From NCBI RefSeq assembly GCF_006345805.1, contig NC_043006.1, forward strand, positions 74,152,001-74,216,000: 64,000 nucleotides of DNA. Direction: 5' to 3'. Position 1 is the first letter of the stretch. Every line of letters begins with the position of its first letter. Below the pieces are notes generated by a model. That model saw only the letters and a list, made by a program, of their open reading frames with translations. It did not search any database and was not told the DNA's origin. Origin of the DNA: Octopus sinensis (lineage: Eukaryota). A program made the translations under genes and the position numbers. This document shows positions 28,804 through 41,484 of the stretch, in pieces.

Positions 28804-29502
28804 TACTCGGAACGAATACATTTAAGCATTCGTTGCTCTGACGATTTTAGTAATTCAGCGCTAATTATATGTCAAATGGCTGCTATCACACTTCTGAACT
28901 AAAGTCATATTCCCCTGTATCGCAGCTTCTTTAGTCTTTTTACGTTCCTATGGCAACCGAGACAATTGTTTCTTCTAGTATTGCAATTTATTGTGTTGAC
29001 GTCGTTGGTATATTTGCTGATTAGCTTCAGGTCAACTGTGTCTGAACGGATATGTGAACAAAGCCATTCCGGCCATGACTCACCATCTTTCACTAGGTTT
29101 AAATGTATAAGTGTGCAATACATACACACATATATACATTCATGCATACATACTTACATACAAACATGTATGCATACATACATACATACACACATATATA
29201 CATACTTACATGTGTATGTACGTAAATATCAATATGTATGAATGCATATATAATAGATATTCACAAACACACATATGTATATATGTATATATATATACAC
29301 ATACATATATACATACATATATATATATATATAAGTAATACTAAGCAATAAAGGGTTTAGCAACGAATTGCCTTACCACATACCGAATTTAGAATTTCTT
29401 CTACTAAAAAGGGAGATCTCAGTAAAAACAGCAATTGGAAGGCAGACACAAACAGGTAAGAGAGAATGAATTGACGGCAATCTATCATACAATTTTAAGT
29501 TA

Positions 29503-29602
29503 TCTACGGACGCACGTTTCGAAATCAGGTTTTTAGGAAAGCATAAGAATTAAATATTAAATAATTCTACCTTACCAAAACTTCTTTTCTCTTCAGCGTA
29601 GA
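29503..29602 (-). ncRNA. Type I hammerhead ribozyme, copy 1 (intact core)
   Basis: Minus strand: TCTACG-CTGAAGA-GAAA...TTTC-GAAA-CGTGC-GTC^CGTAGA. Stem I TCTACG/CGTAGA, core CUGANGA and GAAA, short stem III, GUC cleavage triplet. Confidence 0.85.
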
Positions 29603-30069
29603 ATACTATAATCATAATGATTATATATTGAATTTTGAGATACTAGAAGGCACCACTCAACTCAGTATCAGAGCGAGCTAGAATCCGCAACTAGTATCAC
29701 CAAATTCAAAGTGTGAATGAAAAGATTGTGTCACCAGCCCCTTCCCACCCGCGTGTAGCCAAAACAAGATGCTGTGGTCATCTACTGAGATAAAATATTG
29801 TTATCCGTAATAATGAAGGGTGAAATTAATTAATTTGGAATAATTATCAATTACACCAAGTAGTCTTCGGCATGTAAAAGCCTCATTCGAGGAAAATTTA
29901 AGTAATACTAAGCAATAAAGGGTTTAGCAACGAATTGCCTTACCACATACCGAATTTAGAATTTCTTCTACTAAAAAGGGAGATCTCAGTAAAAACAGCA
30001 ATTGGAAGGCAGACACAAACAGGTAAGAGAGAATGAATTGACGGCAATCTATCATACAATTTTAAGTTA

Positions 30070-30169
30070 TCTACGGACGCACGTTTCGAAATCAAGTTTT
30101 TAGGAAAGCATAAGAATTAAATATTAAATAATTCTACCTTACCAAAACTTCTTTTCTCTTCAGCGTAGA
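30070..30169 (-). ncRNA. Type I hammerhead ribozyme, copy 2 (intact core)
   Basis: Same motif as 29503-29602. Confidence 0.85.
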
Positions 30170-30659
30170 ATACTATAATCATAAATGATTATATATTGAA
30201 TTTTGAGATACTAGAAGGCACCAACTCAACTCAGTATCAGAGCGAGCTAGAATCCGCAACTAGTATCACCAAATTCAAAGTGTGAATGAAAAGATTGTGT
30301 CACCAGCCCCTTCCCACCCGCGTGTAGCCAAAACAAGATGCTGTGGTCATCTACTGAGATAAAATATTGTTATCCGTAATAATGAAGGGTGAAATTAATT
30401 AATTTGGAATAATTATCAATTACACCAAGTAGTCTTCGGCATGTAAAAGCCTCATTCGAGGAAATTTAAGTAATACTAAGCAATAAAGGTTTAGCAACGA
30501 TTGCCTTACCACATACCGAATTTAGAAATAGCAGTCAAAGAGTTATAGCTATTTCTTCTACTAAAAAGGGAGATCTCAGTAAAAACAGCAATTGGAAGGC
30601 AGACACAAACAGGTAAGAGAGAATGAATTGACGGCAATCTATCATACAATTTTAAGTTA

Positions 30660-30762
30660 TCTACAGACGACGCACGTTTCGAAATCAAGTTTTTAGGAAA
30701 GCATAAGAATTAAATATTAAATAATTCTACCTTACCAAAACTTCTTTTCTCTTCAGCGTAGA
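30660..30762 (-). ncRNA. Hammerhead ribozyme, copy 3 (GTC duplicated at the cleavage site)
   Basis: GAAACGTGCGTC-GTC-TGTAGA: core intact but stem I register altered. Confidence 0.65.
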
Positions 30763-31262
30763 ATACTATAATCATAAATGAATTATATATGATATATTGA
30801 TTTTGAGATACTAGAAGGCACCAACTCAACTCAGTATCAGAGCGAGCTAGAATCCGCAACTAGTATCACCAAATTCAAAGTGTGAATGAAAAGATTGTGT
30901 CACCAGCCCCTTCCCACCCGCGTGTAGCCAAAACAAGATGCTGGTCATCTACTGAGATAAAATATGGTTATCCGTAATAATGAAGGGTGAAATTAATTAA
31001 TTTGGAATAATTATCAATTACACCAAATAGTCTTCGGCATGTAAAAGCCTCATTCGAGGAAAATTTAAGTAATACTAAGCAATAAAGGGTTTAGCAACGA
31101 ATTGCCTTACCACATACCGAATTTAGAAATAGCAGTCAAAGAGTTATAGCTATTTCTTCTACTAAAAAGGGAGATCTCAGTAAAAACAGCAATTGGAAGG
31201 CAGACACAAACAGGTAAGAGAGAATGAATTGACGGCAATCTATCATACAATTTTAAGTTATC

Positions 31263-31358
31263 TACGGACGCACGTTTCGAAATCAAGTTTTTAGGAAAGC
31301 ATAAGAATTAAATATTAAATAATTCTACCTTACCAAAACTTCTTTTCTCTTCAGCGTA
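31263..31358 (-). ncRNA. Hammerhead ribozyme, copy 4 (stem I shortened)
   Basis: Core intact; 5' arm of stem I reduced to TACG by a local change. Confidence 0.7.
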
Positions 31359-31873
31359 TATTATATATATGATTATATATTGAATTTTGAGATACTAGAA
31401 GGCACCAACTCAACTCATTCTCTCTTACCTGTTTGTGTCTGCCTTCCAATTGCTGTTTTTACTGAGATCTCCCTTTTTAGTAGAAGAAATAGCTATAACT
31501 CTTTGACTGCTATTTCTAAATTCGGTATGTGGTAAGGCAATTCGTTGCTAAACCCTTTATTGCTTAGTATTACTTAAATTTTCCTCGAATGAGGCTTTTA
31601 CATGCCGAAGACTACTTGGTGTAATTGATAATTATTCCAAATTAATTAATTTCACCCTTCATTATTACGGATAACCATATTTTATCTCAGTAGATGACCA
31701 CAGCATCTTGTTTTGGCTACACGCGGGTGGGAAGGGGCTGGTGACACAATCTTTTCATTCACACTTTGAATTTGGTGATACTAGTTGCGGATTCTAGCTC
31801 GCTCTGATACTGAGTTGAGTTGGTGCCTTCTAGTATCTCAAAATTCAATATATATCATTTATGATTATAGTAT

Positions 31874-31970
31874 TCTACGCTGAAGAGAAAAGAAGTTTTG
31901 GTAAGGTAGAATTATTTAATATTTAATTCTTATGCTTCCTAAAAACTTGATTTCGACGTACGTCCGTAGA
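31874..31970 (+). ncRNA. Hammerhead ribozyme in the inverted unit, probably inactive
   Basis: TCTACG CTGAAGA GAAA...TTTC GA CGTAC GTC CGTAGA: the conserved GAAA is reduced to GA. Confidence 0.6.
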
Positions 31971-32166
31971 TAACTTAAAATTGTATGATAGATTGCCGTC
32001 AATTCATTCTCTCTTACCTGTTTGTGTCTGCCTTCCAATTGCTGTTTTTACTGAGATCTCCCTTTTTAGTAGAAGAAATTCTAAATTCGGTATGTGGTAA
32101 GGCAATTCGTTGCTAAACCCTTTATTGCTTAGTATTACATACATATATATATATATATATACATAC

Positions 32167-32201
<35 letters not shown>

Positions 32202-32297
32202 CATACATATATATATATAATATATATATATATATAATATATATACATACATATATATATATATATTGTATATATATATGTATATATATGTATATGT

Positions 32298-32328
<31 letters not shown>

Positions 32329-32440
32329 ATATGTATATATATATATATGTGTGTGTATATATATATGTATATATATAAGTGTATGTATATATGTGTATAC
32401 ATATATGTGTATATATTATATATGTATATATATATATATG

Positions 32441-32497
<57 letters not shown>

Positions 32498-32762
32498 GCA
32501 TATATATGTATGTATATATATGTATATATATATATGTATATATATATGTATATATATATGTGTGTATATATATGTATAGATAGTTAGATAGATAGATCGT
32601 GAACACAATAGAAGCAGCATTAAATTAAACATGCCATCTATGTATCGTACAAAGTGAAAATAGAATGTTGAAAGCCATGATGCTCTGGTTTTTCTCTGAC
32701 AGAAAATTTCTTCATAGGCATGTTATGTTGAAACTACAGTATATACCAGAACAGTACATAAG

Positions 32763-32917
32763 TCTTCTTCTTCTGCTTCTTCTGCTTCTTCTTCCTTTTC
32801 TTCTTTTTCTTCTTCTTTTTCTTCTTTTTCTTCCTTTCTTTTTCTTCTTTTTTCTTTTTCTCTTCTTTTTCTTCTTTTTTCTTCTTTTTCTTCTTTTTTC
32901 TTCTTTTTCTTCTTCTT
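32763..32917. repeat. (TTC)n pyrimidine tract
   Basis: Seen directly. Confidence 0.95.
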
Positions 32918-32926
32918 ATTATCTAA

Positions 32927-33768
32927 CTAGCAATGCATCCCGGCGTTACCCGGATGTTATGACCTACAAGCACATTGTATTATTGGCTCCTTTCTTGTTT
33001 AACAGTGAAGAGCGGGGGGTACAATCTGCATGGCTTTGCATGAAAGTGCTTTCTGTTCTTAATAAAGATCAGAAACTATGTATTGTTTTATCATTGTCCA
33101 GAAATCAAGCATTCAAAATTTTATTTCCCTTTATCCCGACCGCAATTTCTTAAATTATAACATTTTTTCTATTTTATTTCTATCTACGTAGAAAAATACA
33201 GAGATTACGAATCTAGGATATATATATATATATATTATAGTCTGAGGTTTCTCAAAGAAACCCTCAGTGCCATTTTCCCACCACGCCCAATCATCACTTA
33301 CCAGCTTTCAAAAAGCTAAAATCTCCCAATCTTTCATTTTTGTCTGATGTTTCCCGCATGCGTAGAATTCTACTGAAATAGTAGACTTAAAAAAATACCA
33401 GACCACCACCAGAAAACCCGACATGCTAGAAACACGTAAACGACATTATTTCCGACGAAACTTCCCTGCTTTCCAAAAAGCTGAAAGTAGAATATTGGGA
33501 GTGTGTAGCTTTTTGATTGATAAGGTGCTGTGTAAAATTCTTGAAGATTCGTACTCTTAATTAATTTGGTTTGGAGAGGGAGAGAATTAAAATATTCAGA
33601 ACGTGTTTTGTGGGTGAAATCCTAATCTCCTGCACCGCAAACATAGGAATCAGAAAATTGGGAAACAAATAAGGTGGGGGAACACAAATTTCACTTCGGA
33701 CATGCTAGAGAGAAGACGTAAAGGACAGGATTTCTGGAAAGACTTCGTTTTGAGTTTATATCGAAGAT
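32927..33768 (-). mobile_element. Older Helitron-like element
   Basis: ACTAGCAATGCATCCCGGCGTTACCCGG terminus; distal GAGTTTATATCGAAGAT. Boundaries approximate. Confidence 0.45.
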
Positions 33769-35197
33769 CAAGTTTTTAAATACGCTCATCAAAAACAAAA
33801 ATTACACAATAGAAAACATCATTTCATTTGGGTTTGAGCTGTAAATTTGTACGTGTACACTGCAAGAATTAACATAATTCGTACAGGAGTTTTACCTAGA
33901 GTGTGTGTATGCATGTGTCAAAGGAAGTCTTTTATGCCATTCTTTCATTTGAAGAAGCGAAGAGATCATATGATTGTTCGTTAATTTCCGTAAAATTGTT
34001 TTAATTTCTGTATGCTTTGAAGAGAGCAGAAATTGAAAAAGAGGATAAAGTGAAAAGGCGACATTTTCTTTGAAGTGAGAGGGTAGGAACAAACAACAAA
34101 CAGTAGTTATATATACAGGGGAGCTTTAACCGTTTCTCCAATTAATTAGCACCAAATTGCTGCCGAAATAAAGAGGTGTGGGTAATAAATGGAATTATTT
34201 TAGATATTGCGGATAAATAAAATTACTACCTTAATTTATGTGAAATCGATAATTCCCAGAAGAGGTCAAAATGATTCGTTTAGCGACCAAAACATGTTCA
34301 AAGTTATGTCCTCATACTTGCGAAAACAATCATAATAATGTTAATAAATGAATAATGTTTGTTCGTGTTGTTTTTGTAAGCATATATGCACATCATAGAA
34401 TAATTTAGTAAAGAAGTTAATCATTATTAAGCTGTTGTTTTGAAAATAGTTTTTGTACGATATTTTTATATAAGTTTTTCAATTAGATCATCACTTAGAA
34501 ACAGAATTATACATCACAGAAGCAACGACGGTCTCAGGCAAATTGCTATCAAATGGGTAACAATATATCTCGCAGATGGTATAACGATTACTTATCTGAT
34601 ATGAATATTAAATACAAGTTTCTTTATTGAATATATTCGTCTTATGTTTTTCACTTGATGTCTTTTTAATAATATGAATCGCTAACAAAGAACATAAGAA
34701 CCATTGATTCCCTTTGAAGTTCATGCAGAACTTCAAGTGGAACCTGCTCTATTATTCAACGAAAAATGTATTTACATTTTAAATAAAAATTGTGAATATA
34801 TTGTAAGTTTATCATTTGTTTCTGATATACTCGTCCATATTTTTACCAGAAAAAATGATGCCTATTGGGAGCAATCTATCTTTTGGAAATATCGGCCTTC
34901 AATACAAACACACATATACCAACCTATTTACAAACATACATACATACATACAGTTATCCAACTAAGAAATCAATTTGAATTTATTGCGTATTTCGTATCT
35001 ACGTTTATCCATATACATTCATACATGATATTAGGTGTATACATTTTCTGTTGGGATACTAATACGTATTATGCAAGAATTTTGTTGCTACAGATAATCG
35101 AGATTGCGATCATTCCTTAAAAATAGTCAGTTAAAATATGGAGAGAAACGTCTCATGAGTTGAAAAGCCAATGACCTTCGCTAATGACAACCCACTT

Positions 35198-35419
35198 ATG
35201 GCAGAAACATTAGCACGTCGGGCGAAATGCTTAGAGGTATTTCGTTTGCCGTTACGTTCTGAGTTCAAATTCCGCCGAGGACAACTTTGCCTTTCATTCT
35301 TTCGGGGTCGATAAATAAAGTACCAGTTTCGCACCGGGGTCGATGTAATCGACTTAATCCCTTTGTCTGTCCTTGTTTGTCCCCTCTGTGTTTAGCCCCT
35401 TGTGGGCAGTAAAGAAATA
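35198..35419 (+). mobile_element. SINE family A monomer
   Basis: Head, B box and body ending AAAGAAATA. Confidence 0.85.
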
Positions 35420-36179
35420 TATATTGTTCCGTATAGCTCTATGGTCCGTACCACACCCAATTTTTTTTAGATTTGTGCAGCTTCAAACGATCAGACTTAA
35501 TGAGTTGCGGGTGTTTATTTTTCAAGATTCCTCATATTACAATCTCTGAAGTTTGGTTCAGGTACGTTGCAGTCCAAATACCATGAAACCACAATGTGTT
35601 CATGACAGTATTCTTGCAACTGACCTAAACGTTATTATCATATTCAATTTGTCAAATAGTTCATTTTTTCTATTCTACTTCGGACACCCTTAACACACCA
35701 AAACGTTTTTCTCTCATCTATATCTAAATACTTGTGAAACGTACAATTATTCGACTCTTGTATTATCTATTCTTTCTTGAATTCCAGTTCTTTGTTTGTC
35801 TATGTCTACCTCGTTTTGATGTCAGTTCATTTTGTCGCTTTAGTACAAAGTATATCTTAATATGCAAACTAAATTACTTAATATTTGGTAAACTCTTCAA
35901 GTGTGGACCATTTGTAGAATACAATTTTCTTATCAATGAACTGACAATGTTTGATGAGCTTAGTTCGGTTTTTTTTTTCTTATATATTATCGTAAATAAC
36001 TTTTACATCATCAGACAATTTAAACTTAATGAGCACCGAAATTGCTGTCCACTATTGAATATCCAAGTAAATATTACAATAAGGATGAAACATTTGGGCG
36101 ACTGGGCCTCAGGTCGAAACATTGTAAACAGCTAACTCCGCCATCAAAAATTGCTAAACTTATGTCGAAATTATAAACA

Positions 36180-36200
36180 ATATTATTATTATTATTATTA

Positions 36201-36242
<42 letters not shown>

Positions 36243-36378
36243 CATCATCATCATCATACTAAGACAAAACTATGTAGATGATAACAATTCCAATCAGTTA
36301 AGATCAGAAGCCACAAGAGCCACTGCCTGGTACTGCATCAGGGCTTGTTGTTATTATTATTATCATTATTATTATTAC

Positions 36379-36420
<42 letters not shown>

Positions 36421-36425
36421 TATTG
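36180..36425. repeat. Two (ATT)n tracts
   Basis: 36180-36257 and 36350-36425. Confidence 0.95.
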
Positions 36426-37216
36426 GTGGAGAAATAGCAAAATCGAAAAAGAATGTTTTTTGATAGTTCTTTCGAGTTCTTACGCTCTGAGTTACTTTCC
36501 TGCCGCGTTCGAATTTGCCTTTCATCCATTCAGATCGATATCGTGCCTGTCAGATACTAGGATCGATGGTGTATAAATCGGAAAACATTAATAGTATTGT
36601 TAGGAATATTTGTGTATGTGCATCTGTGTGTGTGTGCGCGCGCACCGGGCGTGTTGTTTGTGTCTGCATGTCTGATTTTGCGTTTGCGTGTATGTAAGCG
36701 AGAACATCTATTATGTCCGTATTTTAAAAATTTCATGTGTTACATGGTTGAAACAACCGAATGGCGATAAAATAAGTATAAGGAATAAACTGGTGTCGCT
36801 TCTATAGACAATCACTCTTCTCCTTCAGTGAACATCTGGTGATGTGCCAATGTAAGAAATCGATATCATATTAATCAATCGTAATTCATCGAAATAAAAA
36901 TACCAGATGTAAAATTGTTGCGTGTACAGAAAGCAACAGTAAATATTTTTATCATTTGGTCAGGCGGCGAAATAGCAATGACTACGGCTCTTATTAGGGT
37001 CTTAAAACTGATTATATGGGTGTGAGGGAGGTATACTTTGACTGGGGGCATGGACTTGCAACAGAGTGGACTCCTCTAAAGACACTCAAGCACTAGGGAA
37101 TGATGTTAAATCTATCAGTGTATTGATTTAATATCACCGTTTTGATCTCGATTATGATGTTATATCCATCATTATTTGAACTGAGAAAGCTAGATGCTAG
37201 AATATGTACCATAGTT

Positions 37217-37432
37217 CTTATTTCTTTATTGTCCACAAGGGGCTAAACATAGAGGGGACAAGCAAGGACAGACAAACGGATTAAGTCGATTATATCGACC
37301 CCAGTGCGTAACTGGTACTTATTTAATCGACCCCGAAATGATGGTAGGCAAAGTCGACCTCGGCGGAATTTGAAGTCAGAACGTAGCGGCAGACGAAATA
37401 CCGCGTGTAACGTTTCTACCAGCTCGCTGCCT
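37217..37432 (-). mobile_element. SINE family A monomer
   Basis: Reverse complement of the family A consensus. Confidence 0.85.
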
Positions 37433-38589
37433 TTTTGTTTTTTTGACGTTGCCAATTTTCTACGTAATATATTTAGTATAGAAACAGTTGCTGGTTTGAA
37501 ATAACCATATACATTTTTTTACCACGATTTATAATGATAAAGCAGAAGGATGAGAATTTGACGATTTTTTGCTAATTGACAGTGACAGAAAATATAAACT
37601 TATCTATCTAGGTGCACTTTTAAAAACCAGACTCTGTTTTCAAATTAGAAATAGTGATGAAGTCGCCTGTAAAGCATGTTGTCAATTCACTAAAATAATT
37701 ACCTCTGTTTTGCGTCAAGTCACTAATTGTTTTCATGGCTGAGATACGTAACAAGAACCAGCTTGTCTCCGCAAAGCTGTCAGAATATACAATGGAAAAC
37801 TCATACCTCTTAGGCTGTAAAAACAAGAATACGGAATACTTACCCGACGCATCATTAGTTTACAAAGCAGAGTTTCAAAGTTATATTATATACCGTCAAA
37901 AAAGTTGTCTATCAGTCTATTCAAAACTTGCAATTATTTGTTGACATAAGTTTAGTACATTTTTATATTACTCGGTAAATAAAGGTTCACCAATAACTGA
38001 AATGAATGATAAATATTTTCCTTCATTTTGAGGTAGGAAGCTTGCATCCCAACTACATGGCTCCTGCTTCAGTTCCACTGCGTGGCGTCTTGGGCATGTG
38101 TCTTCTAGTATAGCCTCGGGCCGCCCAAAGCTTTGTGAGTTGATTTGTTAGACAGAAACTGAAACAAACTCATCGTGTATATGTATGTGTATATATATAT
38201 ATATATATACAAATTTGTGATTTTGCAGAGGGTCAAAATTGGTAACACAAAGAGGGCAGTGAAAACAAACAGGAAGGGCTACTAAGCCTAAACTTAGTTG
38301 TAGTAAATCAAGCTTGGACAGACAAGAACGCGTCTTCCTTGTTCCAGCTACAACGGAGTGGAAGAAACACAGGTTAGGAAAAATAAGAAAGATGTGCGAT
38401 GGTTACGCGGGAGCCACGTGAGCAAGGGAGGAGAGTGATAGAGTAATAGGATACAGTAGTACGAGAAAAGGAGGTAAAAGAATACGAGAGAGAAAGAGAG
38501 AAAAATGAAAGAGTAAAAAGATCGTATAGGGTGTAAATCAGAATTATTAAGATAAAACTTACTTGGAAGAGAATGCGTGACGTTCAATC

Positions 38590-38718
<129 letters not shown>

Positions 38719-38719
38719 T

Positions 38720-38955
38720 TATGGCGTAGTGGTTAAGAGCGCGGGCTACTAACCTCAAGATTCCGAGTTCGATTCCAAGCAGTTACCTGAACAATAATAA
38801 TAATAATAATAATAACATCGAAAAATACTTTAGAAATCAGAACCCAGGTTCGAAATTTCCCGAAGATACCTGAAGAAGGCTAGAAAGTATATCAGCCGAA
38901 ACGTTGTGTTAACAAGATGAGGACAAATATCCATCGAATGTAAATAATGTAAATA
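38720..38955 (+). mobile_element. tRNA-derived SINE-like element with an (AAT)n linker and a hammerhead-like 3' part
   Basis: A box TGGCGTAGTGG and B box GAGTTCGATTCC, then ATAC-CTGAAGA-AGGCT...AGCC-GAAA-CGTT-GTGT. Inserted in a (TA)n tract. Confidence 0.75.
38866..38909 (+). ncRNA. Minimal type I hammerhead ribozyme motif
   Basis: Stem I ATAC/GTGT, core CTGAAGA, stem II GGCT/AGCC, GAAA, palindromic ACGT stem III, GUU triplet. Confidence 0.6.
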
Positions 38956-39642
38956 AAGCCACCTTTATTATATAGATGTGTGTGTGTGTGTGTGTGTGCT
39001 TGTCTTTGTGTCTTTTTTCCGCCACCACCGCTTGACAATTGGTGTCGGTGTTTTTACCTAACCGTAACCTAGCGGTCCGGGAAAACGGACCGATACGATA
39101 AGTACCAGGCTTTAAACAAAATAAGTGCTAGCACCGATTCATTCGACTAAAATCTATTGAAGGCAATGCCCCAGTATGGCCGCAGTCTAATGAATAAAAC
39201 AAATATAAAACACTGAAAGCCGATTAATTTGGGGTTGCTTTGCACTTGCAACAGCGCGGATATTATCTGTTGGGATTTCGCCGACATTCTGTGATATTTC
39301 AATTGCCCTTTCTGAGATTTAAGTATTTGTGATTTGTGAGATGTGAGTGGGAGGTCGTTATGTAAATCGGACGAAAGATCAAAGTTTTATGTCTTTGATT
39401 TTACTTCTGCGTAGTTCCCCAAGAAAAACGCCTCCGCTATTATAGCCTTTCCAGCATTAAATATAATAAAATACGAGAGGAGAAACACTGTTGAATTGTC
39501 GGTTACCTGTTTGTAGCTTATGATCTTCAGTTCACAACCTCCTCCTGCTCAGTTCTGAGCTAAAATATCCTAAATACAATGGAGACACAGCAACTAAAAT
39601 CCGGCCTGATTTACTTTTAATACTTGTTAACAAATGAATGAA

Positions 39643-39643
<1 letters not shown>

Positions 39644-39698
<55 letters not shown>

Positions 39699-39732
39699 TT
39701 TTCTTTCTTTCTTTCTTTCTTTCTTTTTCTTT

Positions 39733-39765
<33 letters not shown>

Positions 39766-40046
39766 TTCTCTCTTTCTTTCTTTCTTTCTCTCTCTCTTTC
39801 TTACTCTCTCTCTTTCTTTCTTTCTGTTCTTCTCTTTCTTTCTTTCTCTCTCTCTCTTTCTTTCTTTATCTCTTTCTCTCTCTCTTTCTTTCTCTCTTTC
39901 GTTCTCTTTCTTTCGTTCTCTCTTTCTTTCTCTCTTTCTTTCTCTCTCTCATTCTTTCTCTCTTTTTCTTTCTCTCGCTCTTTCTTTCTTTCCCTCTCTT
40001 TCTTTCTTTTTTTTCTTTTTTCTATTTTCTTTTTTTTTTTCTTTTC
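39644..40046. repeat. (TTTC)n/(TC)n polypyrimidine tract, ~400 bp
   Basis: Seen directly. Confidence 0.97.
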
Positions 40047-40109
40047 TGTTGCGTTGTATTGTAAGATCAGTCGCTGATGACGATTAACAGTGCATTTTTA
40101 TCCCGAAAT

Positions 40110-40510
40110 GTTGACAGTGCAGCTATGGTTGTGTATTTAAGGGGTTTGCTTTGCAACCACGTGATTTCGAGCCCAGAGCCGACCAGCGCTTTGTGCGTGA
40201 ATTTGATAAGAGGAAATTGTGAGAAAGTCCTTCGTATATACATATGTGTATCTGTGCGTGTGTCTGTCTGTATGTGTGTGTGTGTGTGTATGCGTGCGCA
40301 TGAGTAGTTTGTGTGTCTTTGTGTTTATGCTTGTCTCCCATTGCCACTTGGCAGCTATTGTTCTTTTTACATGCCCGTAATCTAGTGCTTCGGCAAATGG
40401 AACCGATAACATAAGTACCAGACTTAAAAATAAGTACCAGGGCCTTTTGTTAGTATAAACCCTTCAGGATAATGCCTCAGCATGACTACAGTCCTATAAA
40501 AGAAACAGAT
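40110..40510 (+). mobile_element. Diverged SINE family B
   Basis: Head, (TG)n and CCCGTAA..CGGCAAA..ACCGATA..AAGTACCAG body. Confidence 0.7.
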
Positions 40511-41086
40511 TCAATTTCACTGACGAGCCAGATCTTACAGAAAAACGAACATGGTAATGGGACCTGTCATCAAATGGAAATAATACAAAAGGAAGAAGAC
40601 TCTCTGATCACAGATTTGCTTGAATATTTCTTATGAATTATATTTTGCAACGTAAAGCAAAGCAGGAATGATTCTTATTGCAGTGCCAAACCGACAGATA
40701 ATTAACGTATTCTTATAACTGTATTCAAATTCAGATGACTTTATAACCTGGTATATTTTGAAATGCCAGTAAAATATGTCATTTCAAGAATTGTGCATTG
40801 GCATCCTAATACAATATCTTATTCTTGTTTTTGATAATACCGAAAGTACTCTGTGTTGAGCAATAGATAATAGAGTTGGTGGAACTTGAGATAGAATGCT
40901 TTATGATTTTGCGTTGCCTAAGTTTTGTGCCCTAAGTTCAAATCTCTTGGGAAACATTTTTGCTTTTCATCTTTACACGCCCATAGATTAAGAAAATATT
41001 AAGTACTAAGTTCGATGTACTCAATTATCCTGTTTCTGACACAGTGTTTCCGCAACCTATGAGTATGTCTCTACAAAGTCAATTAA

Positions 41087-41484
41087 TCTCTCTCTATATA
41101 TATAAAGCTGAAGTTGTCTGTGTATGGCAAGTTTGGTAGCCTTCAACTAACACTATCTCCTCCGAAACCCTGCGGCGCAAGTTGACCAAAATTGACAGTA
41201 TGATAGAAGAAGGCTTGCTCTTTTTTCTGTAGAAGAAAAAACTCAAATCGGACCATGTTAACACCAAAAATTATTTACATCAAAAAGTTGCTTTTTTTTC
41301 TATGAAAATCTCTACTTTTTTACGATTTTTTGACTGCTGTGTCGCCATTTTTCGGTGTATTTCAACAAGAAAAATGTTCACTTAAAGAGAATAAGAAGCT
41401 ACATAATGCAACATTTTTACTTTTGAAAAATTCCAATTCCAAAGGGTCGAAACAAACCCGAGCAACGCCGGGCGATGCTGCTAG
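41087..41484 (+). mobile_element. Non-autonomous Helitron-like element
   Basis: 5' TC...TATATATATAAAG; subterminal hairpin CCCGAGCAACGCCGGG; 3' CTAG followed by T. Confidence 0.78.

Larger units (their letters stand above)
29335..32138. repeat. Array of ~570-600-bp units: about 3.6 direct units then about 1.25 inverted units; Penelope pseudo-LTR/retrozyme-like
   Basis: Unit start GTAATACTAAGCAATAAAGG at ~29335, 29902, 30470 and 31069. Orientation switches at 31415-31417. The right end is the reverse complement of the left end, and both are flanked by (TA)n/(TATG)n. Confidence 0.9.

Noticed and set aside
37805-37850. Minus-strand GTAAGT...TTTTTACAG plus 8-nt microexon-like signals
   Set aside because: The implied intron is only ~29 nt and there is no supporting coding context.
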